A stretch of DNA of 64,000 nucleotides from Blepharisma stoltei ATCC 30299 (taxonomy: Eukaryota; Protista; Ciliophora): NCBI GenBank assembly GCA_965603825.1, contig CBFDEM010000051.1:620001-684000 (forward strand), read 5' to 3'. Numbering within the stretch: position 1 is the stretch's first letter; every line of letters starts with the position of its first letter. The notes under the pieces are model-generated. The model was not told the DNA's origin, made no database searches, and saw only the letters and a program-made list of their open reading frames with translations. Below, in pieces: positions 49,355-61,900 of this stretch. The translations under genes were made by a program, and so were the position numbers.

Positions 49355-51302
49355 TTAAACTGTTGGATATGATGGTTGCATTTGGATACCACAGATACCA
49401 GCTCCTGCCTTGACTGCGATTCTGAGGTATCCTTGTTCTCCCCAAGTTGGGCCCCAAGAGTTCTTGACTTTCCAGTATTGAGGGGAGTTGCTAAAGTTGT
49501 AACCTACAATCAAAACACCATGGTCTAAAGCTGTTCCACAATCCTTGCTAACAATGCCTCCTTTATAGAGTTGCCAAGAAAATTGATTAGCTTCAACTAA
49601 GGGATCATGAAAAAAAGCCGCATAACTTTTTACAGCTGTTCTTTGAAACGTCAAAAAGGCTGAAAATTTATTGAATGCAACTATAGATTTTTTTAAAAAA
49701 TAATTGCATGCAAAAAAAGTGTATAGCAAATAGAAAAAAGCCATAGGGGTTTAAATATAAATAAAAATCAGAAAATAAAATACAATCTAGGGTTGTTATC
49801 TATTTACTAAAATATAATAATATATCTTTTATGCAAAATTATTATCTTTCTTAAGATGGTTTCTGAGTTAACCATTTCCACTATTCGCCAGGTGAAAAGG
49901 CTTTTTCAGTCTATCTTCCCCTTATCTTTACGAGCCGCTAAGGCGGTTGCTTCTCCTAGAGTCTCCGCTTATTCCGATTTGCCTCAATATATCTGGCTTG
50001 GGTGTCTGCTATGATATTCAAAAAAAAGAAATTTCTGTAGACTTTCGGCTCTTATGAAAAAATGCAACCCAGGATTTAATGTCAGTATCGCGCTAGGTAT
50101 ATTTCAAACAGAAAATAATATGATTAAAATATCCATCTAATGAAATCTCTCTAATAGCAGGATTGTACGCTCATAAGTGCCTAAGAGAATTAGGAAAAAG
50201 TATATGGAAAAGCTACTGTACTTTTTATATGGTTGTTCTAATATTTAAATTGCTGGTCTTGTATTTTATTTTCTGGTTTTTTTTTTTATTATTTATATCC
50301 CTATGGGCATTTTTTCTATCCACGTTTTACGTTAGTTTTGGCAGTGAGCCTAAGCCATACACTTTTTGCCAATGGTTTTTTAAAAAAATTTCTATTTGCA
50401 CTTTTTAGCTTAAAATAGATTCAGTCACTTCGAGGGTTAAAAGAACAGCTTTAAACACTATGCTGTGCATTTATTCATGATCACCCTTCAACTGCGACTG
50501 ATACTGGTTATTGAGCAACTGTTGCTTGTAATTGAGAAATGTTATCTGGTGCAACGTCGGTGTACTTGCTAATGGTAGCGCTGACTTGGGAAGCTTTGGC
50601 CTTGTTGCAAGTGGCTTGGACTGCCGTGTAAGCATAGTTTGCTTCTGAGGTGATGCCTTGAGCAATGATGTATTTGAAAGCATTGTCCATAAGCCCGCCA
50701 TTGCAACCTTGATTTCCATAACTAGATGAGCAATCAACAAGTTCTTGTTCAGAGAGGGATACAAGGGTGTGTCCAGCAAGGAACCAGGCACCTTCCACAG
50801 ATCCAGTTGTTGAGAAAGCCCAGCAGCTTCCACAGTTTCCTTGGTTCTTGACAGGGGTTACTGCACCTTTGGTGGTCCAGTCAACTTGGGATGGGACTGA
50901 AACTTCATCAAGCATGACGACGTTGGTTGCTTCTTTAGGTTGGAATTTGGTCGGGAGGTACTTAGCCTTGAATTCTGAGAAGCTCATGTCAGCGAATTGA
51001 TTTACACCCAGAGTCCAAGAATTTCCAAGGCTGTTGAAAATGCGGATATAAGCTAAGTTGTCACGGAATATTTTGAATCTCATTCCGTATTCTTCATCAG
51101 ATTCGTAGGATTTCTGGTATTCGTCCATATAATCTCTGAATTCTTGCTCCTCAAAGGCAAACTGAGCAAGAGCTGGAGAAGCTGAGGAGCTTGTTACTGC
51201 AATTGTAGCAACAACTCCGACAACAGCTAGAAGACCGAGGACAGCAAAGACGGTCTTTTTGGAGGTTTTGGCTTGAGTGCTGACAGCGAAATAGCCTTCC
51301 AT
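49355..51302 (-). pseudogene. Cathepsin L copy 1, disrupted by a TAA (50508) and an 890-bp TIR insertion
   Basis: 5' part has ERFNIN, GNFD and [11 protein letters not shown] motifs. CAA>TAA at a Gln codon; the catalytic His/Asn part (49355-49598) is separated by the insertion. Confidence 0.88.
49599..50488. mobile_element. Non-autonomous TIR DNA transposon (MITE-like), 890 bp
   Basis: Absent from cathepsin copies 2 and 4. Imperfect ~45-50-bp TIRs (AAGGGATCATGAAAA..GCATA..AGCTGTTCTTT vs AAAGAACAGCT..TATGC..TTCATGATCACCCTT). Flanking duplication CAACT, extendable to CTTCAACT (49591-49598 / 50486-50493). Confidence 0.82.
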
Positions 51303-52554
51303 TTTAATTTATTAAATTCACCTATTTTATGGAGTAAATCATGTGATTTGTTTCATTTTGAACAAAAATAAAAAAATTTATTTGCTGCCTTTTATTAGCA
51401 GGAGCTTTCTATATTTAAAAAGCCTAATGCATAAATTTAACTGAATTAAACTCAATCTTAAATTGATTAAATTTTTTTATTCAATATATTTTATTTTTAA
51501 AAAATTTTTGATACAGGATATTCGGTATTTTTAAATCAGCTTAAATAGGCCTTATACTAAATATAAAATCAGAAATATCAAAAATATTTTTGAATAAGAA
51601 ACTTAAGCAATAAACTTAAAGACTATATAATTTCAAAGATATTTTGAAAGGTATTATTGAAAGCAAATCTATAATTAAAATCGATTAAACTGACCCTAAT
51701 AGGTTAAATCGGCTTTTATAATAAAAGATGACTAAATATATGGCTGTTCTTCTACCCATTTTCAGCTTTAAAGTCTATATTTAACTCAAAATCTAAGAGA
51801 TTCCAGGCTAAGAATTAATATCTATAAAAGCTCTCCATCTCCAAATTTACATTACCATATGAGATTTTAATATTGAAGAATTATAATGCTATAAATAAAT
51901 ATAGAAACAAGAAATTAAATTTACAAAACTCCTATACAAAAATTAAAAGAGAAAGCACTTGCAAGAGAAGATCAATAACACCTATAAAAGATAAAGATAA
52001 AGAACAAAATAATCGGTAATCTCAATTGACTAAGCGAAAGAATAATTCTTGGTTTTTAGTTTAGCTTTATCTATCAGAAATAGTAATTTTAGATTTTTTT
52101 AAATAATGATTCTACATTAAGACATTGCACTGAGTATTAAATCCATGATAATGATGATGACACAATAAGCAGGATTTTTAAAGAAATAGTAGATTTGCAA
52201 GATAAGATAATTTTTTTGCTTTGTTTTCCAAATGGTGCGCATTTCTATCTATCAAGATGTGCCACACCAGTATGAGAACTTATGTATGAAAACTTATTGG
52301 GACTATAACTCCTACATTGCTTTTCAATATATGCTACTTATTCTCAAAATTACCCTCTTTACCAATTTAATGACCAATGTGTAAGAAATATATATACCAG
52401 TGCATTTTGGGAGTTAGAAGAAGAGTATATGAACTCTATCCAGCCTGCGGATAATGATGATAACTCTGCTGTTATAGCAGCAATTGGAGGCTTTCTATCT
52501 TTAATAGCATTTTAAGCTAAATTATACTGATTAAATCCAATAAGTTCGTTAAAT

Positions 52555-53607
52555 TTAAACTATTGGGTATGATGGTTCCATTTGGATACCACAGACACCA
52601 GCTCCTGCCTGTACTGCAATTCTGATGTAACCTTGTTCTCCCCAATTTGGACCCCAAGAATTCTTGACTTTCCAGTATGGAGGGGAATTGTTGAAGTTGT
52701 AACCTACAATCAAAACACCGTGGTCTAAAGCTGTTCCACAATTACTGCTAACAATGCCTCCTTTATAGAGTTGCCAAGCATCTTGATCAGCTTCAACTGC
52801 GACTGATATTGGTTGCTGAGCAACTGCTGCTTGTAATTGGGCAACGTTATTTGGGGTGACATTAGAGTATCCGCTAATGTTACAGCTGGATTGGCCAACT
52901 TTGAACCAGTTGCATTTGCCATCGCTTGCCGTGTAAGGATAGTTTGCTTCTGAGTTGATTCCATAATCAACTATGAATTTGAAAGCATTGTCCATAAGCC
53001 CGCCATTGCAACCTTGATTTCCGAATTGAGTAGAGCAATCGACAAGTTCTTGTTCGGAGAAGGATAGAAGGGTGTGTCCAGCAAGGAACCAGGCACCTTC
53101 TACAGATCCAGTTGTTGAGAAAGCCCAGCAGCTGCCACATTGTCCTTGGTTCTTGACAGGGGTTACTGCACCTTGTGTGGTCCAGTCAACTTGGGATGGG
53201 ACTGAAACTTCATCAAGCATGACGACGTTGGTTGCTTCTTTAGGTTGGATTTTGGTCGGGAGGTACTTAGCCTTGAATTCTGAGAAGCTCATGTCAGCAA
53301 ATTGATTGACACCCAAAGTCCAGGAATTTCCACGGGTGTTGAAAATGCGGATATAAGCTGAGTTGTCACGGAATATTTTGAATCTCATTCCGTATTCTTC
53401 CTCAGAGTCGTAAGATTTCTGGTACTTGTCCATGTAATCTCTGAATTCTTGCTCCTCAAAGGCAAACTGAGCAAGAGCTGGAGAAACTGAGGAGCTTGAT
53501 ACAGCAATTGTAGCAACAACTCCGACAATAGCTAGAAGACCGAGGACAGCAAAGACGGTCTTTTTGGAGGTTTTGGCTTGAGTGCCAACATCGAAATAGC
53601 CTTCCAT
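52555..53607 (-). CDS. Papain-family (C1A) cathepsin L-like protease, intact copy 2
   Basis: 350 aa; N-terminal hydrophobic anchor, I29 prodomain (ERFNIN, GVNQFAD), [25 protein letters not shown]. Confidence 0.96.
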   Translation of the reverse strand: MEGYFDVGTQAKTSKKTVFAVLGLLAIVGVVATIAVSSSSVSPALAQFAFEEQEFRDYMDKYQKSYDSEEEYGMRFKIFRDNSAYIRIFNTRGNSWTLGVNQFADMSFSEFKAKYLPTKIQPKEATNVVMLDEVSVPSQVDWTTQGAVTPVKNQGQCGSCWAFSTTGSVEGAWFLAGHTLLSFSEQELVDCSTQFGNQGCNGGLMDNAFKFIVDYGINSEANYPYTASDGKCNWFKVGQSSCNISGYSNVTPNNVAQLQAAVAQQPISVAVEADQDAWQLYKGGIVSSNCGTALDHGVLIVGYNFNNSPPYWKVKNSWGPNWGEQGYIRIAVQAGAGVCGIQMEPSYPIV

Positions 53608-54657
53608 TTTAATTTATTCGACTCATCTATTTTTGGAGAAAATCATGATATTGGTTTTGAACAAAAATTAAAAAATTTATTTGCTTCCTTTTATTAGCAG
53701 GAGCTTTCTATATTTAAAAAGATTAATGATAAATGTAAGTGAGTTAAGCTCATGCTTAAATTGATTAAATTTTTTTATTCAATATATTTTATTTTTAAAA
53801 AATTTTTGATACAGGATATTCGGTATTTTAAAGCAGCTTAAATATGCTTTATACTAAATATAAAATCAGAAATATCAAAAATATTTTTGCATAAGAAACT
53901 TAAGCAATAAACTTAAAGACTATATAACTTCAAAGATATTTTGAAAGGCATTATTGAAAGCAAATCTATAATTAAAATCGATTAAACTGACCCTAATAGG
54001 TTAAATCGGCTTTTATAATAAAAGATGACTAAATATATGGCTTTTCTTCTACCCATTTTTAGCTTTAAAGTTTAGATTTAACTCAAAATCTAAGAAATTC
54101 CAGGCTAAGAATTAATATCTATAAAAGCTCTCCATCTCCAAATTTACATTACCATATGAGATTTTAATATTGAAGAATTATAATGCTATAAATAAATATA
54201 GAAACAAGAGATTAAATTTGCAAACTCCTATACAAAAATTAAAAGAGAAAGTATTTCTAAGAGAAAATCAATAACACCTATAAAGATAAAAAACAAAATA
54301 ATCTGTGATCTCAATTGACTAAGCGAAAGAATAATTCTTGGTTTTTAGTTTAGCTTTTCTGCGCTTTTTGGCATCTTGCTTGAAAAGATGGTTGCTGACG
54401 TCACCATTTGCAGTTAAGATGGCGACCTTATGTTTATAATAGCTTGCTAAAAGAGGAAGCACTTTAAAATCTAAATAAGTTGAATTAAGCTTATTTTATT
54501 GCATCATCATTATAAAGGAATTAATACTCAGTACAATGTCTTAATTTAGAATCATTATTTAAAAAAATCTAAAATTTCTATTTCTGAGTCTTTACAGGCA
54601 GCATTTGGCCTCTCTCAAGCAAGACTTCATAGTGTGCTCTACTTAATCGAACCCTCC

Positions 54658-54678
54658 ATTATTATTATTATTATTATT
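54658..54678 (+). repeat. (ATT)7 microsatellite ending a unit-specific filler segment
   Basis: Direct reading; absent from the homologous spacers. Confidence 0.8.
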
Positions 54679-55064
54679 AAGCAGATTTTTAAAGAAATAG
54701 TAGATTTGCACGATAAGATAATTTTTTTGCTTTGTTTTCCAAATTGGTGGCATTTCAATCCATCAAATTTGCCACACCAGCATGAGAACTTATGTATGAA
54801 AACTTATTGGGACTATAACTCCTGCATTGCTTTTCAATATTATGCTACTTACTCTCAAATTAACCTCTTTACCAATTTAATGACCAATGTGTAAGAAATA
54901 TATATACCAGTGCATTTTGGGAGCTAGAAGAAGAGTATACGAACTCTATCCAGCCTGCGGATAATGATGATTACTCTGCTGTTATAGCAGCAATTGGAGG
55001 CTTTCTATCTTTAATAGCATTTTAAGCTAAATTATACTGATTAAATGGAATAAATTCGTTAAAT

Positions 55065-56985
55065 TTAAACTGTTGGGTATGATGGTTGCATTTGGATACC
55101 ACAGATACCAGATCCTGCCTTGACTGCGACTCTGATGTATCCTTGTTCTCCCCAATTTTGACCCCAAGAGTTCTTGACTTTCCAGTATTGAGGAGAGTTG
55201 TTAAAGTTATAACCTACAACCAAAACACCGTGGCTTAAAGCTGTTCCACAATCCTTGGTAACAATGCCTCCTTTATAGTATTGTTAAATATAGTTAGCTT
55301 CAACTAAGGGGTCAGGAAAAAAACAGCATAGTTTTTTACAGCTGCTCTTTGAACCGTGGAAAAGGCTGAAAATTTCTTTTTTTTTCACTAATAGATTTTT
55401 AAAAATAATGGCATGCAAAAAAGTGTATAGCAAAAGAAAGAAAGCCATAGGTATAAATAATCAAAAATAAAATAAAATGCAAGCTAGGGTTGTTAACGAC
55501 TTACTAAAATATAATAATATATCTTTAATGCAAAATTATTAGCTTTGCTTAAGATGATTGTTGAGTTGGCCATTTCTATATTCGCCAGATGAAAAAGTTT
55601 TTTAACTCGTGTTTTCCACTTATCTTTTTGAATCGTTAAGGCGGTTGTTTCTCCTAGAGTCTTCGCTTATTTAGATTTTCCGCGATATTTCTTGCTTGGG
55701 TGTCTGCTATGAAATTCAAAAAAATGAAATCTCTGTTAGACTTTTAGCTCTTATGGAAAAATGCGACCCTGGATAAAATATAAGTATCCCGCTAGGTATA
55801 TGTTCGATGATCTAGTAATAATATATCTAGAGTTATGAAAAGAACTGGGCATTAGCGAGAGCATATCATATTTTCTTATTTTATTTTTTCCCTCAAAAAC
55901 ATCATACAAAATAACTGAATAATATGTTGCAAGTGCTTGCTTTGAAATTGATATATTATTTAGAACCGGGAATAATATAACTAAAATATTTATCTTCTTA
56001 AATATCTCTAATAGCAGGATTGTATGCTCATAAGTGCCTAAGAGAATTAGGAAAAAATATATGGAAAAGCTGCTGCACTTTTTTATATGGTTGCTCCAAT
56101 ATTTTAATTACTGATTTTGCATTTTATTTTCTGTTTTCTTTATTTATTATTTATATCCCTATGGGCATTTTTTTTCTATCCACATTTTACCTTAGTTTTG
56201 GCAGTGAGCCTGGCTGTTGAGCAACTGCTGCTTGTAATTGAGAAACATTGTCTGATGCGACGTCGGTGTACTTGCTAATGGTAGCGCTGACTTGGGAAGC
56301 TTTTGCCTTGTTGCAAGTGGCTTGGACTGCTGTGTAAGCATAGTTTGCTTCTGAGGTGATTCCTTGAGCAATGATGTATTTGAAAGCATAGTCAACAATC
56401 CCACCATTACAACCTTGATTTCCATAACTAGATGAGCAATCAACAAGTTCTTGCTCGGAGAGAGATACAAGGGTGTGTCCAGCAAGGAACCAGGCACCTT
56501 CTACAGATCCAGTTGTTGAGAAAGCCCAACAGCTGCCACAGTTTCCTTGGTTCTTGATGGGGTTACTGCACCTTTGGTGGTCCAGTCAACTTGGGATGGG
56601 ACTGAAACTTCATCAAGCATGACGACGTTGGTTGGTTCTTTTACTTAGCCTTGAATTCTGAGAAGCTCATGTCAGCGAATTGATTTACACCCAGAGTCCA
56701 AGAATTTCCAAGGCTGTTGAAAATGCGGATATAAGCTAAGTTGTCACGGAATATTTTGAATCTCATTCCGTATTCTTCATCTGACTCGTAGGATTTCTGG
56801 TATTTGTCCATGTAATCTCTGAATTCTTGCTCCTCAAAGGCAAACTGAGCAAGAGCTGGAGAAACTGAGGAGCTTGATACTGCAATTGTAGCAATAACTT
56901 CGACAACAGCTAGAAGACCGAGGACAGCAAAGACGGTCTTTTTGGAGGTTTTGGCTTGAGTGCCAACAGCGAAATAGCCTTCCAT
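55065..56985 (-). pseudogene. Cathepsin L copy 3, pseudogene
   Basis: Deletion near 56640 creating a stop, 1-bp deletion near 56559, scrambled 55279-55293, and the same TIR insertion as copy 1. Confidence 0.9.
55306..56210. mobile_element. Second copy of the TIR element, same insertion site, right TIR deleted
   Basis: Begins cttcaact|AAGGGGTCAGGAAAA..GCATAG..AGCTGCTCTTT and aligns with 49599-50350. Carries an extra ~170 bp (~55800-55965). Joins cathepsin directly after gcagtgagcc. Confidence 0.85.
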
Positions 56986-57594
56986 TTTGATTTATTAAAT
57001 TCAACTATTTTATGGAGTAAATCATGCGATTTGTTTCATTTTGAACAAAAATAAAAAAATATATTTGCTGCCTTTTATAAACAGGAGCTTTCTATATTTA
57101 AAAAGCCTAATGCATAAATTTAACTGAATTAAACTCAGTCTTAAATTGATTAAATTTTTTATTCAATATATTTTATTTTTAGAAAATTGTTGATACAGGA
57201 TATTCGGTATTTTAAAGCAGCTTAAATAGGCTTTATACCAAATATAAAATCAGAAATATCAAAAGAATTTTTGCATAAGAAACTTACGCAATAAACTTAT
57301 AGATTATATAATTGCAAAGATATTTGAAAGGTATTATTGAAAGCAAATTTATAATTAAAATCGATCAAACAGTCCCTAATAGGTTAAATCGGTTTTTACA
57401 TAAAAAGATGACTAAATGTATACGATTCTTCTACTCATTTTAGCTTTAAAGTTCATATTAACTCAAAATTTAATATTTTAGCCAGAAATCCCAGGCTAAG
57501 AATATAAGCTATAACCCTATATCTAATTGGAGTCCAAAGTATTAACAAAATAAAGTACAACAAAAAGAAAAGATATTAGCACTGATCTCCAGTT

Positions 57595-58292
57595 AGGGAG
57601 TATTCTGCCATTTAGCATATCGGCAGAAGTTATAGCCGTTTTTTCCGTATAGAGTTTAACATCGGCTACTCTTGAATAAGTATCGATATAAGTTTGAGTA
57701 TATACTTTACCTATGCCTTTGAAAGAACCTACATAATAGACATCTTGTGCTCCAAGATAACCTGGATGCTCCGTTTCTATCTCTCCATAAGCTTCTTTTT
57801 CAGTCTAAAACTTTCAGCTTCCGTAAGAAGAATACCATCTTGCGCCATCTTCTCTAATGCTACTAAGCGTTTCTTTAGATTGCTTAGATCATTTCTAAGC
57901 CATATTGATCTAACACCTCCTTGTGACACTAATATCTCTTTGCGTTTCAATTCATTAGATACGCGAAGTTGACTGTATGCTGGATATTCTATCGCCATAT
58001 CAAGCACTGCTTTCTCTATAGTAGGATCAACTCTGTTAGCTATTATAGGTTTCTTACGACTAATCTCGTATAAAGCTTCTTCGCCACCTGTTTCATATAG
58101 TTCTTTAAATCTATAGTAACTATCCCTACTATATCCCATGGCTTTATATGCGGATGATATACTGCCAAGACTCTTTGCAAGCTCAAGTAATACTAGTTTT
58201 GGCTTGATTATTTTTAAATTCAAGTTCATTTTAATCTCCATTTAATAATTAATTTAATTTATCTAATGTAAGATTAAGTTTAAACAAATTCA
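57595..58292 (-). mobile_element. Bacterial IS481-family insertion sequence remnant (Rickettsiales ISRpe1-like), frameshifted and 3'-truncated transposase
   Basis: ATG 58229 with GGAG Shine-Dalgarno. KIIKPKL.LLELAK.LG..MGYSRD.YYRFKELYE.GG, GVRSIWLR; after a frameshift EIETEHPGYLGAQD.YYVG.FKGIG.VY.QT.IDTYSR..KLYT.KT.IT.AD.LN.RILP. Candidate left IR at 58267-58292. Confidence 0.9.
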
Positions 58293-58349
58293 AAATTGTA
58301 TCATAATTTATTTCTATCTAACATAAGATCGTTCTTGTTAAATCTATTG

Positions 58350-58751
58350 TTATAGATAATCTAAATTATACCACATCCCATCTTCTATAATGTTCATTAC
58401 TGATTCCACATATAATGACTTAAGCTCAGCTTGTATAGATGCTATTAATATTTGTGTCTCAGCTTCATTTTTAGGTTGTTCACAAAGTCGTCCACTTAAA
58501 AGATGTGCGAATAGTTCTATATCACTCAGCTCTTTAACCTCGTGTGATTTATGTACACGATTCAACCACTCAGCAAGTTTGTATGATATCTCAGGTAGTT
58601 CAGATATTTGTATTTCCACTGGACTAGCGTTAATTATATTTATAAGAAATTTTTTCGAGTGCATTATTTTATGTAAACGAGTTAGTTTTGGTAGGATTAT
58701 TACCTCATGGTAATCTGCAATAACTTGTTTGAGCGTATCCGATAGCTTCAT
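58350..58751 (-). CDS. Bacterial-type hypothetical protein (133 aa)
   Basis: Intact ORF preceded by AAAAGGAGAAAATT-ATG (Shine-Dalgarno); Trp encoded by TGG; lies between IS481 and nusA remnants. Confidence 0.7.
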   Translation of the reverse strand: MKLSDTLKQVIADYHEVIILPKLTRLHKIMHSKKFLINIINASPVEIQISELPEISYKLAEWLNRVHKSHEVKELSDIELFAHLLSGRLCEQPKNEAETQILIASIQAELKSLYVESVMNIIEDGMWYNLDYL

Positions 58752-58820
58752 AATTTTCTCCCTTTTTATTATTACTTTCTATCACCACAACTCATAAGAG
58801 AGCTGGATTGCAAAACCGGC

Positions 58821-58951
58821 TTCATCGCTTCTTCGTTTATGTTCTTCTGTTATCACATTGATATTCCAATAAGTTTAGAAGCTAAATGAGCATTCTGCCC
58901 TATCTTGCCAATAGCAAGACTTAAATTTTCCGGATATACAGCTCCTATAAC
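58821..58951 (-). pseudogene. nusA: Fragment of bacterial transcription factor NusA (KH2 domain), frameshifted
   Basis: Translates VYPENLSLAIGKIGQNAHLASKL, then after a frameshift WNINVITEEHKRRSDE. Matches the NusA motif LSLAIG..GQN.RLAS.L.GW.IDI.TEE. Confidence 0.75.
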
Positions 58952-61900
58952 TTATTAATGCAGACTAAAGTTTCAATGAAGCCAAAACTCATATCTTATT
59001 TTTTCATCAAATATTTTTAAATTAATTTTTGTAATAAAATCAATTTTTTCTCATAATTCTTCCTAAAGGTTTGCTAATTCTTTTAATTCAGATACATCAC
59101 TTATGAGTCATAGATATGGTGTGGTTCTTTCGTAATTTACTCCAATAATATCTCTTAAATGATTGATAAAATCTCTTCTTTCATTCTTGTATTTGATACA
59201 TATATTTATGCTGTGTTTCTCTGTTTCTTTCGTTTTACATAAATTACACATATCATTTTGATTAATATTTTGATTTTTCTTTGAGTGTCTTAGGGCTGTT
59301 AGAGTTTGTGCAGGTCCTGCTGCGTATCTTCATGCTGCTTTAATTCTCGCTTCACTTACCAAGTTTTTATTTAGATTTCAAAATTGCAGTTGACATTTAG
59401 AGTTAAGGTTAATCTCTCTTAAGAATTTGTACGTTTTTAGTGTAATCTTTTTATCAATTTCTTTTTCATGTATTTTTTGCCAGTATCTTTTAACTTTTAA
59501 TTTGACGTCTTTCTTTCAGTCTTTGTTAATTCAATTTACTTCACTGTCAGAGTACCGATATGGTAAATTTAATTCATACTTGCTCAATAAATTTGCATAT
59601 AAATCTTGAGTTGGTGTTATTCTGTCCTTTAAATTTTTAAGAAAATGTAATGAAATTTCAGAATATGAGTTCATTTCATATATCTTTTGTAGAAATATCA
59701 ATGATTTTTGATCAATATATTGTTCGACTGTAGGAATATTTAAATCAAGTAATATAGGCTCTATTGGTGTTTTGCTGTATACGTGGCAACATTCTCTAAT
59801 AATTTTATTGAACATTCTTTGGATAAAAATAATTGCAGTTTTACTTCTTTTTCTTGAGCAAATTTCCAATCCATATGTGCATCTCGGAAGAAATATTGCT
59901 TTATAGCAGTTAATTAATGTTGTAGTTGGGATATTTAGCATTTTTCTAATTGCTGGTATAAATGAACTACATGTACCTATTGCTTTATTTTTTAAATAAG
60001 CATATTGTGATTGATCTAAACCTGTTGATTTTAAATTTCCTTTAAAAACAATTCCTAAGTATTTATATTTATCAACTATTGGAATTTCAGTTCTTTTAAA
60101 ATGTAGTTTGGGTAATTTTTGGAGGGTATTTTTTCTGTTTCTATTAATAATTGTCATCAATGCCGTTTTTTCAGGTCCTATATTTAAATCCATACCATTT
60201 TTTTCTGTTCATTTTTTAAGATTATTAAGAATTGACTGTAGATCCTCACATTTTCCTGTAATAAAAGCTGTATCATCTGCATATTGAAAATTTATTTTTG
60301 AGTATAAATTCTCGTTTTTAATTAATTCTAGGCTAATATCTTTTGTTACATTTTCAATATCATCGATATAGATATTAAATAGTAATGGAGAAATCGCACT
60401 TCCTTGTCTAACCCCTTTAGTAATATCGATTTTAAATGTTTCATTTCCGTTGATTATTAAGGTAGTCTTTTCTCCTTTAATCATCTGGGAGATTGATTTT
60501 CAACTATCATCTGTGACTCTCTTACTTTTTATCTTTTCCATGAGTTTAGTTCTATCCACAGAATCATATGCTTTCGAAAAATCTATAAAAAGTATATATG
60601 AATCACTCTTTTTCCCTTTATTGTAATATTTTCGATATTCTAAGGTATTTTTCAGTAAGAAACTTTGTGTTATGCATGATTTTCCTTTTCTAAACCCATG
60701 TTGTCTATCTGAGATCTTAACGTTCTTTTCAATTTTTCTTAGTTCAGCCTTGTCAAGAATCTTCATAAAACTGTTCATTAATGTTATAGGTCTGTGATTC
60801 TTCAGTTCTTTATGATTTCCTTTACCTTTATATATAAGAATAGTCTTAGCTTCATTTGCAACATCCGGTATACCATAAATTCTGCAAGTATTTAAAAAAT
60901 GTGTTATTGCTTCTACCATTATATCTCCTCCTTTTTTTATTATTTCATTCGTTATATTATCTGGTCCAGGAGCTTTTCTGTTAGGCAAAGATTTAATAAT
61001 ATTCTCAATCTTTTTTGAGTTTCAAAGTTCATCTTCTAGACAACCTGCTTGTGGAATAAAAGATATCGTACTCCTAAATTGATCTTCAAATTCTTTTGTT
61101 CAAGATTGAATCTCAAATGCATTCATTGGTAAGACCAGTTTTTTTTTATTCAATAATCTTTTTATTTTGTTTCAAGCTCCATAGGGATCATTTATGCATT
61201 GTTTTAATCTATTTTCACTTATTATTTCATATCTATCTAGTCTTTTTAACTGATCAATGCATATTTTCTTTACTTTCCGTATTCTTTCAATAAATTCATT
61301 ATTTTTCTGAGAATAGCAAAATTTGATTCATTCTTTGAGTTTGCTATTTCTTTTCCTTAAAATTTTCATTTCTGGAGTTTTAAAATGATCAGGCTGTAAT
61401 TTAGTTTTTAGAATAATTGATTCTTCATCTAAGATAGTCTTTATTTCGGTATAGATTTGAGAAGGGTTATTTGTTATGAAAATACCTTTTTCTTTGAATT
61501 TAAGAAAGAGTCTACTTTTAAAGCCTTCATGTTCATCTCCTTCTAGTTTATATCATGGAATAATTGTTTTTTGAGTTCTTAATGATATAATTATCGAAAT
61601 GCGTGATAGGAGTAAAATATGGTTAGTATTTAATTGAGGGACTTCTATATAAATAATTTCTGATGTTGAGTTTGAGAGAATGTAATCAATAATTGTGTGT
61701 GTATTATGACCTCTAAAAGTTGATATTTGCATATCATTGAGAATGTATAGATGAGAATCTTTTATAAATTTAGAAAATATCTCTCCTGTTAGATCATCGA
61801 TTTCAGATAAATATCCTTTTAGATGTGCATTAAAATCACCCAATAGTACTATTTGACGTCTATCCTTTTGATTCTTTTGAATAATTTCTTGAACTTCTAT

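Noticed and set aside
49355-49744. 129-aa ORF as a separate protease gene
   Set aside because: Chimeric frame running from the TIR element into the cathepsin 3' remnant; no catalytic Cys.
49820-49900. 'LRNHLKK' / 'LNNHLKQ' in the TIR element as a BED-finger remnant of a hAT transposase
   Set aside because: Too short, surrounded by stops and lacking the upstream CxxC; the superfamily cannot be assigned.
50508-50510. TAA at a Gln position suggesting UAA=Gln or an ambiguous code
   Set aside because: Single case, in a copy already broken by an insertion; TAA/TAG terminate all other genes.
50163-56220. ORFs 50163-50408, 54634-54894 and 56020-56220
   Set aside because: Non-ATG, low-complexity frames inside the TIR element or duplicated gene fragments.
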